A DNA stretch of 64,000 bases from Haloferacalesvirus Serpecor1 (taxonomy: Duplodnaviria > Heunggongvirae > Uroviricota > Caudoviricetes > Thumleimavirales > Hafunaviridae). The stretch is from the IMG/VR virus record IMGVR_UViG_2974801466_000001, positions 10,197 through 74,196 of that record; one strand, written 5' to 3'. The stretch's first letter is position 1. The number at the start of each line of letters is the position of its first letter. The translations under genes and the position numbers were made by a program. The notes under the pieces are model-generated. The model did not search any database. It saw nothing but the letters and a program-made list of their open reading frames with translations, and was not told the origin of the DNA. Of the stretch, positions 46,443 through 56,338 are shown piece by piece.

Positions 46443-46922
46443 ATGGAAACCCTAACCGAGAAGCAACCACCTGAAGTCATTACTCCCGATACCGAGAACG
46501 CAACGTACTTCGACCCGAGCGAACGAAACACCAATTCTGACAAGTTCAAGCGGCTGATGCTCTACAACCGGGGAACTTGGCTCGGCCCCGGCGAGGAAAA
46601 CAAGAAGGTCACGCACCGACAGGACAACCTCGCTATCCTCGATTCCCTCAGCGGCCAACTCGAACTAACGCCCTTCCAGAAGGGCAAAGCACGACGAATC
46701 TATGACGCTCTCGACCTACAAGACCTCGGTAAACCTGCTTGCCTCGTTGCTTTCGGTGTTTGCGCTCTCGTTGCTAACGACGACGTTCACGACGGGACTC
46801 GCTACTGGCCGACTGCCAACGACACCTGCGACCTGTTCGAGAACATCGCTGGCAACCTCGGGTTCACGGAGAATCAACAGCTCAGCATCATTCTCACTAT
46901 CGACCACCGGAGGCCGGAATGA
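46443..46922 (+). CDS. Hypothetical protein, 159 aa
   Basis: ORF preceded by a long leader carrying the conserved CTCGATGTAGTAAACTAC motif. Confidence 0.45.
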   Translation: METLTEKQPPEVITPDTENATYFDPSERNTNSDKFKRLMLYNRGTWLGPGEENKKVTHRQDNLAILDSLSGQLELTPFQKGKARRIYDALDLQDLGKPACLVAFGVCALVANDDVHDGTRYWPTANDTCDLFENIAGNLGFTENQQLSIILTIDHRRPE

Positions 46923-47383
46923 GCGAGTTTACGATTCTCCGCGACACTCGGGAACACGAGGGCCACGGTTACTGGTTCGAGGACTACCCCGTGGAAGTGA
47001 AGGAGACGAAGCTCCGTACCGGCGACTACGCCGTACAGGAACCGGGCTACTACGGCAAGCACGGAACCTACGTCCCTCCGTTCGCAGTTGAACGCAAGGC
47101 GAAGGGTGACTTCCTTAACTCCATCACTCACGAACGCGACCGCTTCGAGCGGGAGCTGAAGCGAGCCGACGATTGGGAAGCCCCGATGCCGGTCGTGGTC
47201 GAAGCCCCGTGGCTTGACTTCACGCAGGGCAACTACTGGCGGAATATCAATCCCAACTCGATTATTGGGACGGTCGAAAAGTGGCCGGGCTACTACAACG
47301 TTGACTTCTTCTTCAAGCCAACTGTATCCGACTCAGAGAAGTTCACTTACGAGTTCCTCAAGTGGTGGAACAATCGAGAGTGA
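46919..47383 (+). CDS. PD-(D/E)XK nuclease-like protein (possible Holliday-junction resolvase / VRR-NUC-like), 154 aa
   Basis: TGDYAV ... FAVERKAKGD (D ... E-x-K arrangement). Confidence 0.35.
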   Translation: MSEFTILRDTREHEGHGYWFEDYPVEVKETKLRTGDYAVQEPGYYGKHGTYVPPFAVERKAKGDFLNSITHERDRFERELKRADDWEAPMPVVVEAPWLDFTQGNYWRNINPNSIIGTVEKWPGYYNVDFFFKPTVSDSEKFTYEFLKWWNNRE

Positions 47384-47677
47384 ACGCCAACACCTCTGCC
47401 GACGAACTTCTGTTCGAGCGTAATCGAGTTTCGGTGCTGTAAAAGTCGTGTTTGACACTCTATACTACTGTTCGTAACCGTCGATGTGTTTTTCATGGGT
47501 GGATAATTCGACGACTTTCCCAATGTGCAAGATTAGTCGGTCGGTCGAACTCAACTTCTTCGGGAGGTAGAAAAGGGACTGCTTGGGGACTTTCTGGTTC
47601 GTTCCTACTCGGTACTCCTGTCTCACGTTGAACATAGACATTTGGTAATTATTCGTTCTATTCTGAGTGCTGTACCC

Positions 47678-47893
47678 CTACGCTCGAAGAACGTCCGACT
47701 GCGCGGCTTCGAGCGCAGAGACAGCTTCATCGAGATAATCTTCGGCGGCATAACCGGCTACATCATCGTCGTCTCTCGCAAGTTCGAGAGCGTCAATAAC
47801 GTCTGAGAAGAAATCCGCTATGTTTTCAGTATCCTGTTCATCCGCATCGAGTCCTGTGATTTTTGCCTTAACTTCCATTACGACTTCCTTCAA
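47678..47893 (-). CDS. Hypothetical acidic protein, 71 aa
   Basis: ORF. Confidence 0.35.
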   Translation of the reverse strand: MKEVVMEVKAKITGLDADEQDTENIADFFSDVIDALELARDDDDVAGYAAEDYLDEAVSALEAAQSDVLRA

Positions 47894-48051
47894 AGACGCC
47901 TCTCATTTTCGAGTTGCATCTCAAGCTTCTGCTTTTGGTCTTTGGTGCGCTTCTCCGAGATTTCCTTCTGAAGAAGGAACACGGGAAGGAGTACGATAGT
48001 CGAGAGGAATATCACGCCGAAGACGGCGAGGCCGTCCAGTAGGGCGCTCAT
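47890..48051 (-). CDS. Small membrane peptide (MSALLDGLAVFGVIFLSTIVLLPVFLLQKE..., about 53 aa)
   Basis: C-terminal in-frame part of ORF 47890..48444. The remainder of that ORF is Arg/Gly-rich, looks like a GC artefact and overlaps 48048..48386. Confidence 0.3.
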   Translation of the reverse strand: MSALLDGLAVFGVIFLSTIVLLPVFLLQKEISEKRTKDQKQKLEMQLENERRL

Positions 48052-48386
48052 CGGTTTTCCTCCACCCACGAGATTGCCGTAGCGAGGGCGCTCATCATCT
48101 CGATGTACCACGGCCCGGCATACAGAGAGTAGACCGGGTAGCCGTCCTCGATATACTCGTCGGGAGTATCCTCGTTGACTATCTCGAACTCTCGAACGAC
48201 TATGTTGTACCCCTGTTCGGGGTCGTCGTTCTCCGGGTAGACCTCCACCTCCACGCACTTTTCGTAATTGTAGAGCCGGAAGTCCCGAGCGTTCGCTCCG
48301 ATGGGGCAGTATTCCCAATCGTACTTCGTGAGGTCGGGGCCAACGTGGTTGCCGCTCTTGTCGGTTTTGACACCCACTACAACCAC
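48048..48386 (-). CDS. Hypothetical acidic protein, 112 aa
   Basis: ORF. Confidence 0.4.
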   Translation of the reverse strand: MVVVGVKTDKSGNHVGPDLTKYDWEYCPIGANARDFRLYNYEKCVEVEVYPENDDPEQGYNIVVREFEIVNEDTPDEYIEDGYPVYSLYAGPWYIEMMSALATAISWVEENR

Positions 48387-48673
48387 CCGAGGTCTTCCGC
48401 AATATCTCGCCCGACCCTTGACTTTCGTTCAGCGGCGTACTCATCCTCCTCGATGCTTTCGACCGCCGCGAGCCACGCTTGGCGGGCTTTCTCCTCGGGG
48501 ATTACTGAGTGAGCGTTCCCCAAGTCCAGCTCCCGAACGTAGTAGTCGTAAGTCTCTGCTATCTCGGTGGACTCGTCGCCCGTGTTCGGAGCGAAGCCCG
48601 CCGCGACCGCCGGGCAACAGCATCCACCAATCTCGTCCTTTCCGTAAGCGAAGTTCTTGCTTTGCGTACTCAT
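48377..48673 (-). CDS. Hypothetical protein, 98 aa (CCCP motif)
   Basis: ORF. Confidence 0.35.
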   Translation of the reverse strand: MSTQSKNFAYGKDEIGGCCCPAVAAGFAPNTGDESTEIAETYDYYVRELDLGNAHSVIPEEKARQAWLAAVESIEEDEYAAERKSRVGRDIAEDLGWL

Positions 48674-49122
48674 TGTTCGTAGACGACCTCGTATTTGTCA
48701 CCGACCCGAACCCGAACGTATCCGTCACCGTACTCGTTCGGCGGGTCGCAGTCCAGAATCTCGATTTCCTCGAAGTCCGTGATTTCCACGGACACCAGAG
48801 CGTCTTCGTACAACCGCTCGATGAAGCCCCACTCGTTGTGGTAGTCTTCTTCCGACGCGAGGTAGGCCACGTCCGGCTCACCGTCGCGGAGAAGCACGAC
48901 GCGCTCCACGTCGCACCGGAACGACCGCATTTCCTCACATTGCCAGCCCTCCCCGTAACGGCCCTCAGCGTAGTGGCACGACTCGATGAAGACAGCCGCT
49001 CCATCCTCGAAGATGGGGTAGTCGGGGTCACACGGCATCCACTCGTGGTCGTGAGAGCGGTCGGGAGCGTTCCACGGCGCTCGTGGGTCGCCAGCCGACG
49101 TTCCCGGCGGGTAGTTGCTCAC
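48670..49122 (-). CDS. Hypothetical acidic protein, 150 aa
   Basis: ORF. Confidence 0.4.
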   Translation of the reverse strand: MSNYPPGTSAGDPRAPWNAPDRSHDHEWMPCDPDYPIFEDGAAVFIESCHYAEGRYGEGWQCEEMRSFRCDVERVVLLRDGEPDVAYLASEEDYHNEWGFIERLYEDALVSVEITDFEEIEILDCDPPNEYGDGYVRVRVGDKYEVVYEQ

Positions 49123-49454
49123 GCTTCCACCTCCGGTCGCCGGGAAGACGACGGCCCGTAGCTCAGGATAGCCGAGAACGAGAGCGTCTTCCGCTCGCTA
49201 CGGTTCAGGTCGTGTTCTTCGGCGTGCTTTTCCACGATTGCCGCCTGCCTGTCCCCATCGAGGTAGTGGTCGGAGTACCAACCACTCCCGTAGTCGTCGG
49301 GGTTTTCCAGCACATCATCGAAGTCGAGAGGCGGTTCTGCTTCCGCGTACATCTCGCGGAGAACGTCGTTGAGGATTTCTTGTATATTTATCATAGGCTG
49401 AATCGCTCGTTCCACCGGGGGTTGTCCATGAACGTCGTGCCACAGTCGGGACAC
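49119..49454 (-). CDS. Hypothetical acidic protein, 111 aa
   Basis: ORF. Confidence 0.35.
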   Translation of the reverse strand: MSRLWHDVHGQPPVERAIQPMINIQEILNDVLREMYAEAEPPLDFDDVLENPDDYGSGWYSDHYLDGDRQAAIVEKHAEEHDLNRSERKTLSFSAILSYGPSSSRRPEVEA

Positions 49455-49528
49455 TCGAACGTCGTCTCACGTCCGTTCTGTAAGACGGCTGTTCCGGGGC
49501 ACTCCACGCAGTTTCGAGTCTCCGGCAT
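49391..49528 (-). CDS. 45-aa zinc-ribbon peptide (MPETRNCVECPG...FECPDCGTTF)
   Basis: Internal Met of ORF 49391..49804. Its ATG abuts the stop of 49528..49959. Two CxxC pairs. Confidence 0.3.
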   Translation of the reverse strand: MPETRNCVECPGTAVLQNGRETTFECPDCGTTFMDNPRWNERFSL

Positions 49529-49959
49529 CACTCGTCTCCGTGGACGACCGGGGCGATTGCGAGGTACTGCTCGGAGTCCTCGGGCTTCACCACGAGAATG
49601 AAGTTCCACTCGGGGTGGATGAACAGCGCCTCGGGGTTCTCCCGAAGGTTCACGTCGAAGAACTCCTCGGCGTGGTCGAAGTAGGAGAACTGAACGCGGG
49701 TCTTCTTCCCCTCCGCTCCCTCCTCGGGGTAGAGGTCTACGTAGTGCCCGTCGTCCGTTCGCTGAACGTCCACCGGGTGTTCCGACGCGAGCTGGTAGTC
49801 CCACGTAATCCGCTTGTTCTTCTTCCTCAGGTCGTCGCCGTAGGTTCCGAGGCAGACCGTGTTTTCGTCGTTCTCTATCGCTCCTTCGAGAGTGTCGGTG
49901 TTGACGCTCCCGAACAGTTCCTCGAACATCTCCTCATCTGTTGTAGTGGTAACACTCAT
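49528..49959 (-). CDS. Hypothetical acidic protein, 143 aa
   Basis: ORF. Confidence 0.4.
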   Translation of the reverse strand: MSVTTTTDEEMFEELFGSVNTDTLEGAIENDENTVCLGTYGDDLRKKNKRITWDYQLASEHPVDVQRTDDGHYVDLYPEEGAEGKKTRVQFSYFDHAEEFFDVNLRENPEALFIHPEWNFILVVKPEDSEQYLAIAPVVHGDE

Positions 49960-50384
49960 TATTGGTTCTCTGAGTCTTTGCCGTGAATTTCGTACAGCGC
50001 CTCCATGAAATCCGACATTTCATCGAAGCTACTCCGGTCAACCGTCTCGCCGTCGTAGTAGGCTGACTGATTAAGCCGAGCGAGGTCGAGACACCTATCA
50101 CACAGCCCGTTTCGAGGGCCGGGAGTCTCGTTGCCGCAAACCCCGTAGTATTCGCACTCCCAATCCTCCGGCTGAGGTTCAGCCCGAGTGTTGTGGGAGG
50201 TGTGGGTTGTATCGACGCCGAGCTTGTCCATCCAGTAGGAGATTGTCCCGGCGGAACAGCCGAGTTCGTCGCCCATCTCGGACTGGTCAAGCCCTTCGTC
50301 GTGATACAGCTCACGGAGCGTTTCTTTGTCCTTCCACGGGTCTTTGTCGGGGATTTCCGCCCCGAAGTCAGCGAGGGTACTCAT
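49959..50384 (-). CDS. HTH DNA-binding protein (sigma-70 region-4-like / LuxR-like HTH), 141 aa
   Basis: KETLRELYHDEGLDQSEMGDELGCSAGTISYWMDKLGV. Confidence 0.4.
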   Translation of the reverse strand: MSTLADFGAEIPDKDPWKDKETLRELYHDEGLDQSEMGDELGCSAGTISYWMDKLGVDTTHTSHNTRAEPQPEDWECEYYGVCGNETPGPRNGLCDRCLDLARLNQSAYYDGETVDRSSFDEMSDFMEALYEIHGKDSENQ

Positions 50385-50560
50385 TAGTGAATCCTCCGCT
50401 CTTTGAACTCCTCGATGTGGATTTCCTCGAACTGTTCTTCGCCGTCTTCATATCCCACAGAACACCACACGTAGGGATGTTCAGGGGACGGCCCGGCCTT
50501 AACCAGAACGCGACCGTAGCCTTCGAGCGAATACCCGCTACCTTTTGCTGGTGCTTTCAT
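50384..50560 (-). CDS. Hypothetical small protein (start MKAPAKGSGY; the ORF-table N-terminal extension is likely spurious)
   Basis: ATG overlaps the TGA of the upstream zinc-ribbon peptide. Confidence 0.3.
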   Translation of the reverse strand: MKAPAKGSGYSLEGYGRVLVKAGPSPEHPYVWCSVGYEDGEEQFEEIHIEEFKERRIH

Positions 50561-50691
50561 TCTTTTATCGCCTTCATCCCGCATTTGAAGCAGATGTATC
50601 TCGCTTCGCCGTCTTCGTCGTAGCGAAGACCGAACACGACTCCCGCCGAGCCGTTCTCCCGAGCCGATTCTCCGCACTCGTTACACGGCAT
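50557..50691 (-). CDS. 44-aa zinc-ribbon peptide (MPCNECGESARENG...YICFKCGMKAIKE)
   Basis: Two CxxC pairs; ATGA overlap with the downstream gene. Confidence 0.3.
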   Translation of the reverse strand: MPCNECGESARENGSAGVVFGLRYDEDGEARYICFKCGMKAIKE

Positions 50692-50841
50692 TAGTCTAAG
50701 ACGCCGTGTTCATCGGGTTCATCCCCTCGTTCCCCTCCATCCAGTAGATAGGGAAGGGGTGAATCGGGAGTAACAATTCGCCCGGACATACCGAAGCTAA
50801 TTGCTCGGGGTTGATTGCCCGGTCTTTCGGAACGCACCGCC

Positions 50842-51108
50842 TCACCACCAGCCATCGAATCCCATTACCTGCCGGGCGAGGTTGTCTATCGAGTCCCGAC
50901 CGCTCAGGAACAGGACGTTCGACACCATCTGCTTGATAGCATCGAGGCGGGGGAACCGGGCTTCCCGAACCTCCATCCACTTGTTCACCACTTCCCGAAG
51001 GGAGCGGGCCTTGTCGTAGAACGCCGTCACCAGTTCAGCCGAGAACTGTCGGGCGAGGTTCCACGCTTCGAGCTGTTCGAGGTATCGTCCGTGTAGTCCA
51101 TTATCCAT
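50842..51108 (-). CDS. Hypothetical protein, 88 aa
   Basis: ORF. Confidence 0.4.
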   Translation of the reverse strand: MDNGLHGRYLEQLEAWNLARQFSAELVTAFYDKARSLREVVNKWMEVREARFPRLDAIKQMVSNVLFLSGRDSIDNLARQVMGFDGWW

Positions 51109-51506
51109 TATACAGTCACCTCAGCGGCGTGAGCCGGTCGGGTCGAATTGATGCGCCGAACGTCGAACACTTCCAGCATGATTGCCTTGTTGTTGTAGTC
51201 GGCTCGGGTGTACGCTTCGTAGAGGTCGCCGTCCCATAGCGCCGAGAAGAAGTGACCGCCGTAGTGGTCGAAATCCTCAGCGTTCTCCTCCGTCAGCGAC
51301 TCCCACTCGCGGGTGTATTTCTTGACCTCCACGAGAGCGGAGTTGCGGGTGACGGCCTTTCCGTCGCCGCGCTTCCTCTCCATCGAAGTCACGTCGAACG
51401 AGCAGACCTCGATGAGTCGTTCGTCAGCTCCGACCCACCGGAGTAGGCGTCGTTCGTGGTCGGTCAGGTCGGGCGTCGGGTCGGTGAAGTTGGTAAGTTC
51501 TGTCAT
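51108..51506 (-). CDS. Hypothetical protein, 132 aa
   Basis: ORF coupled to the downstream gene. Confidence 0.4.
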   Translation of the reverse strand: MTELTNFTDPTPDLTDHERRLLRWVGADERLIEVCSFDVTSMERKRGDGKAVTRNSALVEVKKYTREWESLTEENAEDFDHYGGHFFSALWDGDLYEAYTRADYNNKAIMLEVFDVRRINSTRPAHAAEVTV

Positions 51507-51556
51507 AGTTTTGTGTTCCTCTAAGACTCGGAGTGATAACTATAAGTCTTTATCGG

Positions 51557-53353
51557 TTATCGCCACGGTGCGGCTTCCGGGTCGCTCCAATGCTCCGGCG
51601 GTTCGTCCCGAATCGCCTCGGTGAACCATCCCGGCGGCTTCGTCCGGTTCATCAGCTTGTTGAACGCCCCGTCGATGACGTAGTACGACGCGGCTTCACT
51701 CGGTTCAGGGCCACGGACGGCTCGCCCCACGGACTGCTGAACGTCGAGGGAGGCCGACTCCATATACCACGTCCAGTCGTTCCGCTCATCGAGCAGGTAG
51801 GACACTCGACTGTCCCCGAGGTACGGGTAGGGAACCTTCAGGAGAACCTGCCAGCGGCAACGGTCGCCGTGGAGGTCAACTCCCTCCATCATCGACGGGG
51901 AGATGAGAATGTCCTTGTCGGAGTTAACCCACTCCTCAATCATCTCCACCTTGTCTTTCTCTTGGTCTTGAACGATAGCGTTCGCGCTCCCAAGAGACTC
52001 CCCAAGCTTCTCTGCTCGCTTGTAGGAGTTGGTGTGAATCAGCCCCTTCTCGCCTTTGTGGTGGCTGTTAATCTCGCGGATGGTGTTCACGACCTTGTTC
52101 CAGTTGCGTTCCTCTCCGTCGCCGCTCATCGAGCCGACGATAGTGTTCGTGTGAATCAGTCGGTGTTCCTCGGGGAACGGCATCGTCCGGCTAATGAGCT
52201 TCGTAGAACCTTCGAGGCCAATCCGGTCGGCCCACTCTGCGATGTTCTCCCGGTAGGGAATCGTAGCCGACGAGATAACGCGCTTCCGGCCACGGCTCCA
52301 AATGAACCGTTCGAGGAACTTGTCCACGTCAACGGGACTGACGACCATCTTCTTCTGCCCGGACTTCCCGAACTTGCTGACGGTGACAGTCCACGGTCGG
52401 TCTTCCTTCACCTCTTGGTGACAGTATTCGACCTTCTTGATGAAGTCCTTACATTGGTCAACCTCGGCCTGCCGGTTCGGGTCTTCGTCGTGGCGGTCAA
52501 CGAAGTTCGTCGCTCGGTCGTAGAGGCTGTTGAGGATGGGCGTAATGTCCTCGAACCGCTCGAAGTCCCACGAGATTCGGTCGCCCGTGTTCCGGTAGAC
52601 CTCGTTCGGGAGAACCCACGGCGAGATAGTGAACCCCGCGAACAACGAGGCGACTTGGCTTTCGAGGCCGTGTCCCTCGTCCACAATCACGAGGTCGCGG
52701 TCGTCAAAGGAAATCTGTTCTTCCTGAACGTCGTTCACCATTATCTTCGTTGGGAGGTAGTTGTCCACGACGAGCATTGCGAACGTGAGCGCCGCCATAT
52801 CGTCGCTCATCGCCCGGTCTTTCGCTCGCCAGTAGGTACATCCCGCAATCGTTCGGCAGGATTCTCCCTCCGTTTCGTCGGCCAGCGTACAGTCCTTACA
52901 GTTGTCGCCGCTGGCTCCGCAGATGTAGTCCTGCCGGGACTTGAGCATCGTGAGATACGCCTGAAGGTCTACGTCCTCGGCAAGCTGATTCCGAAGCTGT
53001 TTCTGAGGGGTCGTGTAGAAGGACTTGCCCGACTCGATGCCGTAAAGCTTGTAGTTGAAATGGTCTTCAAGACGACGCTTGTTCTTTGCGAGGTGAGAGA
53101 AAACGCGACCGAGAGTGACGTTGATAGGAGACTTGCCAATCCCGGTCGGCCCGTCGATTACGACGTTCGTGTGACCCTCGATGAACAGGGCTTCGAGAGC
53201 ATCCTTGAGGATTTCATCTTGGTACTCTCGGTAGCCGGGGAACGGGAACAGTTCGTCAGCGAGGTCGAAAAGGTACTCGCGGAGTCCGTCCCTGTTCTGT
53301 GAGTAGTTGGCTAACGGTTCGACTCTCTGGTTTTGTATTGCTGTTGTTGACAT
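51557..53353 (-). CDS. SF2 helicase of the XPD/Rad3/DinG type with 4-Cys FeS insertion, 598 aa
   Basis: Walker A GPTGIGKSP, 4-Cys cluster CGASGDNCKDCT...CRTIAGC between Walker A and B, DEGH box LVIVDEGHGLE, C-terminal helicase motifs (QSVGRAVRG). Confidence 0.7.
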   Translation of the reverse strand: MSTTAIQNQRVEPLANYSQNRDGLREYLFDLADELFPFPGYREYQDEILKDALEALFIEGHTNVVIDGPTGIGKSPINVTLGRVFSHLAKNKRRLEDHFNYKLYGIESGKSFYTTPQKQLRNQLAEDVDLQAYLTMLKSRQDYICGASGDNCKDCTLADETEGESCRTIAGCTYWRAKDRAMSDDMAALTFAMLVVDNYLPTKIMVNDVQEEQISFDDRDLVIVDEGHGLESQVASLFAGFTISPWVLPNEVYRNTGDRISWDFERFEDITPILNSLYDRATNFVDRHDEDPNRQAEVDQCKDFIKKVEYCHQEVKEDRPWTVTVSKFGKSGQKKMVVSPVDVDKFLERFIWSRGRKRVISSATIPYRENIAEWADRIGLEGSTKLISRTMPFPEEHRLIHTNTIVGSMSGDGEERNWNKVVNTIREINSHHKGEKGLIHTNSYKRAEKLGESLGSANAIVQDQEKDKVEMIEEWVNSDKDILISPSMMEGVDLHGDRCRWQVLLKVPYPYLGDSRVSYLLDERNDWTWYMESASLDVQQSVGRAVRGPEPSEAASYYVIDGAFNKLMNRTKPPGWFTEAIRDEPPEHWSDPEAAPWR

Positions 53354-53618
53354 TTCTTAGAAGGTTCTGGTCAGCTCGTCAATAGCCGGGGCGACCAACT
53401 CCCGACGACGCCCCACCGTAGGGCGTTTCGCCGTTATTCTCGCCACTCCCGCCGCTCTATGTCGATTATCTCAGACACGTCACGGCGGGGCTTCGTCTTT
53501 CCACGACGACGCCAACACGCCTTCCTCCGAAGGGAGTAGAAGTAGTCGTAGTCAGATTGCTCTATCTTCTCAATATCTTCTTCCATAATACCGTAGTGAC
53601 ACCGCAGGATGTTCGCCG

Positions 53619-53828
53619 CTATCGAGTCGTGTAGATTTCTTCGCCCCGTTCTCGGTCGTAGAGTGAGACAATCCCTCGATGGATGTGAACGCCGAGTTGA
53701 TACTCGGTTCCATCCGCCTCGAAGTCCATCTGGAACCAATCACCCTCTGTCTGAGTGTAGAAGGTGGAACGGTTCGGGATTGCGTCCAGAATATCCAGTA
53801 CGTCTCGGGCTTGTAGTTCGTTACTCAT
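53619..53828 (-). CDS. Hypothetical small protein, 69 aa
   Basis: ORF. Confidence 0.35.
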   Translation of the reverse strand: MSNELQARDVLDILDAIPNRSTFYTQTEGDWFQMDFEADGTEYQLGVHIHRGIVSLYDRERGEEIYTTR

Positions 53829-54126
53829 CTTCAGGTTCCTCGTTCGTGATTAGCAGTTCTTCTTCCGTCGCTGTTACCCACACCCACCCGTCTTCCTCGG
53901 TCGGCGTGACCGTCACGGCTTCCTCGTCACCTACCATCACTTCGAGGCCGCCGATACGAACTGAACCGGGCGGAGCTTCGTAGGTGGTTGTGTCGTCTCC
54001 CATATACGTCCCGAGAACACGAACCTTCTCGCCCTCTCGAAAGATACTGACGTGCTGGAAGGTTGCTTTTCCAGTTATCGTCCCGATTGTGTCGTCACCC
54101 ATTAACCGGGTCTTCCACCTCTCCAC
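53821..54126 (-). CDS. Hypothetical protein, 101 aa
   Basis: ORF. Confidence 0.35.
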   Translation of the reverse strand: MERWKTRLMGDDTIGTITGKATFQHVSIFREGEKVRVLGTYMGDDTTTYEAPPGSVRIGGLEVMVGDEEAVTVTPTEEDGWVWVTATEEELLITNEEPEDE

Positions 54127-54469
54127 CTATCAAGGCTTCCTCTGAGACGGCCTCGAACCAGAACTTCACACCAACTCCCTTCCCGGTGAGAGTAGAGAAG
54201 GCGAACTTGAATCCGAACTCCTCCATCGTCTTCCGCTCGCTGTTCATCACGAGGTGGGAACACGGGTCGCCACTACTGTCTACGTAGGGGTGGAACGGAA
54301 TCAGGAGCATCTGAACGTCCCCATCGTTCCCAATTCGGATGTGGCTCAGCTCACGGAACCGCTCGGGAAGCTCATCGAGGATTCGTTCTTCGAGAACATC
54401 GTAGTCCACTTCTTCGGTCGTCGGTTCTTCGGTGCTGGTGCTGTCGCTGGTGCTGGTGGTCGTACTCAT
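54095..54469 (-). CDS. Hypothetical acidic protein, 124 aa
   Basis: ORF. Confidence 0.35.
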   Translation of the reverse strand: MSTTTSTSDSTSTEEPTTEEVDYDVLEERILDELPERFRELSHIRIGNDGDVQMLLIPFHPYVDSSGDPCSHLVMNSERKTMEEFGFKFAFSTLTGKGVGVKFWFEAVSEEALIGGEVEDPVNG

Positions 54470-54476
54470 TTGAGGA

Positions 54477-55130
54477 TTACTCGCTGGTTTCTCGCTCTCG
54501 TTCTCGCCGGGCGCAGATGTTACTGAGGAACAGCTTGAGGGAATACTCGGGAATCTGTCGGTCGGCGTTCCGAACCGCGACTCGTGGGCTGATTACCTCG
54601 AACGGCTCACCGTCCGGGTCGTACATCCGCCACTCTCCTTGCCCGATTGATTCGAGAGTGTACGTCACCGGCTCTTTCGCAGATAGGTTGATGTAGTAGT
54701 CGTACTCGAACCGGACACCACCATCGTAGATGGGGCCTTCGAGCAGGTTTATCGCTTCACCGAGGTCTTCTCGTGTCTCCTCGATAAAGCGAACCCAATT
54801 GAGAACGTCGTTATACAACCCGGCGTGAGCAAGGTCGCTCACCGCATCTTGCTGGTCTTCCGGGTCGTCGTAGTACCGCTCGCCGCCTTCGTTATAGAAG
54901 CCATTATCGCAATGGTAGATGACACACCGCTGGTAATACTGAACCAGCTCGTGATTCTCCACGGCGGCTTCAACGATAGCCCACATCGGAACGTCGTCGG
55001 GAATCTCGTTGGGATTGAACGCAGAGCTTCGGATTTCCTCGGCTCCCTCCATCCCCCAATCGTAGTATTTCTTTGCCGTTGCCTGTACCTCGTTGTTGTA
55101 ACTCTCGAAGGAGTCGTATTTGTTTGTCAT
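54477..55130 (-). CDS. Hypothetical protein, 217 aa
   Basis: ORF. Confidence 0.45.
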   Translation of the reverse strand: MTNKYDSFESYNNEVQATAKKYYDWGMEGAEEIRSSAFNPNEIPDDVPMWAIVEAAVENHELVQYYQRCVIYHCDNGFYNEGGERYYDDPEDQQDAVSDLAHAGLYNDVLNWVRFIEETREDLGEAINLLEGPIYDGGVRFEYDYYINLSAKEPVTYTLESIGQGEWRMYDPDGEPFEVISPRVAVRNADRQIPEYSLKLFLSNICARRERERETSE

Positions 55131-55200
55131 AGGTGGTAGACCTCCGCTCCGATAATCGCCGCGAAAATTAACACCGCACAGAGAAATACAAGAAAGAGGC

Positions 55201-55683
55201 TCACGGTTTCAGCCCCGGAGTATCCACGTACAGCGGGCCGATTAGTTCGGCTACGTCGCTGAAGTTCTCCGGTTCCACGATGAAGCCCCGCCACGCGAGG
55301 CTGAACTTCCCGAGGTCGCGCTCTTTCAGCTCATCGTCAATCACTCGGCAGATGTGTTCGTTGTAGAGTCGGGGAACCACGAAGAACCCCTGAGGGAACT
55401 GCTTAATCTCGAACGTCGTCGGCTTCTCCTTCACCAGCGACCCCCACAAGTGGGACTTCTCCGGGTCGCTCCCGTGTTGGGACACCCACATCTGAGTCAC
55501 GAGGCTACGGTAGCGTTCGTGGAGGTGGAGAGCTTCGAGATTACTCGGTTCCATCAACACATCGAGGCTGTCTATCTCATCGAGGTGGTGCTTGAGGTCG
55601 TCCACCACGAGGGCCTTTGCGATGTTCTGGTTCAACTCCCTCATCGTCCCGTAGAGGGTGTCCGAAGCCCATCCATCCTCCAC
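55201..55683 (-). CDS. Hypothetical protein, 160 aa
   Basis: ORF. Confidence 0.4.
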   Translation of the reverse strand: MEDGWASDTLYGTMRELNQNIAKALVVDDLKHHLDEIDSLDVLMEPSNLEALHLHERYRSLVTQMWVSQHGSDPEKSHLWGSLVKEKPTTFEIKQFPQGFFVVPRLYNEHICRVIDDELKERDLGKFSLAWRGFIVEPENFSDVAELIGPLYVDTPGLKP

Positions 55684-55731
55684 GGTCTGTTCGATTGTCT
55701 CCGGGTCGAGAACGAACCGCCGGTAGTAGGC

Positions 55732-56049
55732 TCACACCGACCCACCGACCGACTCGTAATACTGCTCGATGCGTCCGAACTCCGTCTCCCACACCTTCGG
55801 GTCGTCGTTGGCGGCCTCGAAGTCGGGGCGGTTCTCGGAAATCGTCTTGCTCTTTCCGTTGAAGATTTCCCGAATCCAGAAGTCGTCGTGGAGAGGCTTC
55901 GGGTCGTCCGGGTCGGTTAGTTGGGCCGCCTTCCACACCGGGCTAACCGGGTCGTCGGGCTTCAGTCGGGTTGTCCCGACGTGTTTGTTCTTCTTTAGTT
56001 CGACCAGCGATTCTCCGGCCTTCGTCTCGATAGCAGTTGGAACGCTCAT
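55732..56049 (-). CDS. Hypothetical protein, 105 aa
   Basis: ORF; AAAGACTCAAA immediately precedes the ATG. Confidence 0.4.
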   Translation of the reverse strand: MSVPTAIETKAGESLVELKKNKHVGTTRLKPDDPVSPVWKAAQLTDPDDPKPLHDDFWIREIFNGKSKTISENRPDFEAANDDPKVWETEFGRIEQYYESVGGSV

Positions 56050-56065
56050 TTTGAGTCTTTAGGAG

Positions 56066-56338
56066 TTACCGAACCATTCGCCGCGCCGCCATTCCACCAA
56101 CGAACTTCTGGTGGTGCTGTCCACAGAGGATGAACCGCGCCGTGTCGTCCTCCGCAATCTGACTCCCCTGATACGGGCAGGGGTCGTCGTCGGTCGCTAC
56201 TTCTCGTCCGTGGTGACACATCTCGTCGCCGTGGTAGTGTTCAAAGTCAACCATTAGTGAGTCTCCGCGTAGTGTTGTTCGTGAGTCTTTGCGCTGAACA
56301 TCGGGAGCTTGTCCTGCCACCACCGCTTCCAAAGGCAA
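56066..56338 (-). CDS. Cys/His-rich small protein(s) (may be two coupled peptides: 56257..56430 zinc ribbon and 56066..56255 starting MVDFEHYHG)
   Basis: Table ORF plus an overlapping alternative-frame zinc-ribbon ORF (MEPHDNYPKNCPVCEST...) joined by TAATG. Confidence 0.25.
   Translation of the reverse strand: MPLEAVVAGQAPDVQRKDSRTTLRGDSLMVDFEHYHGDEMCHHGREVATDDDPCPYQGSQIAEDDTARFILCGQHHQKFVGGMAARRMVR

Noticed and set aside
47890-48444. 184-aa ORF (Arg/Gly/Pro-rich) on the minus strand
   Set aside because: It overlaps the clean acidic ORF 48048..48386 in another frame. Only its C-terminal 53-aa hydrophobic segment, starting MSALLDG, looks genuine.
51533-53302. 589-aa plus-strand ORF opposite the XPD-like helicase
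   Set aside because: Antisense to a gene with Walker A, FeS cluster and DEGH motifs; Val/Arg/Leu-rich artefact.
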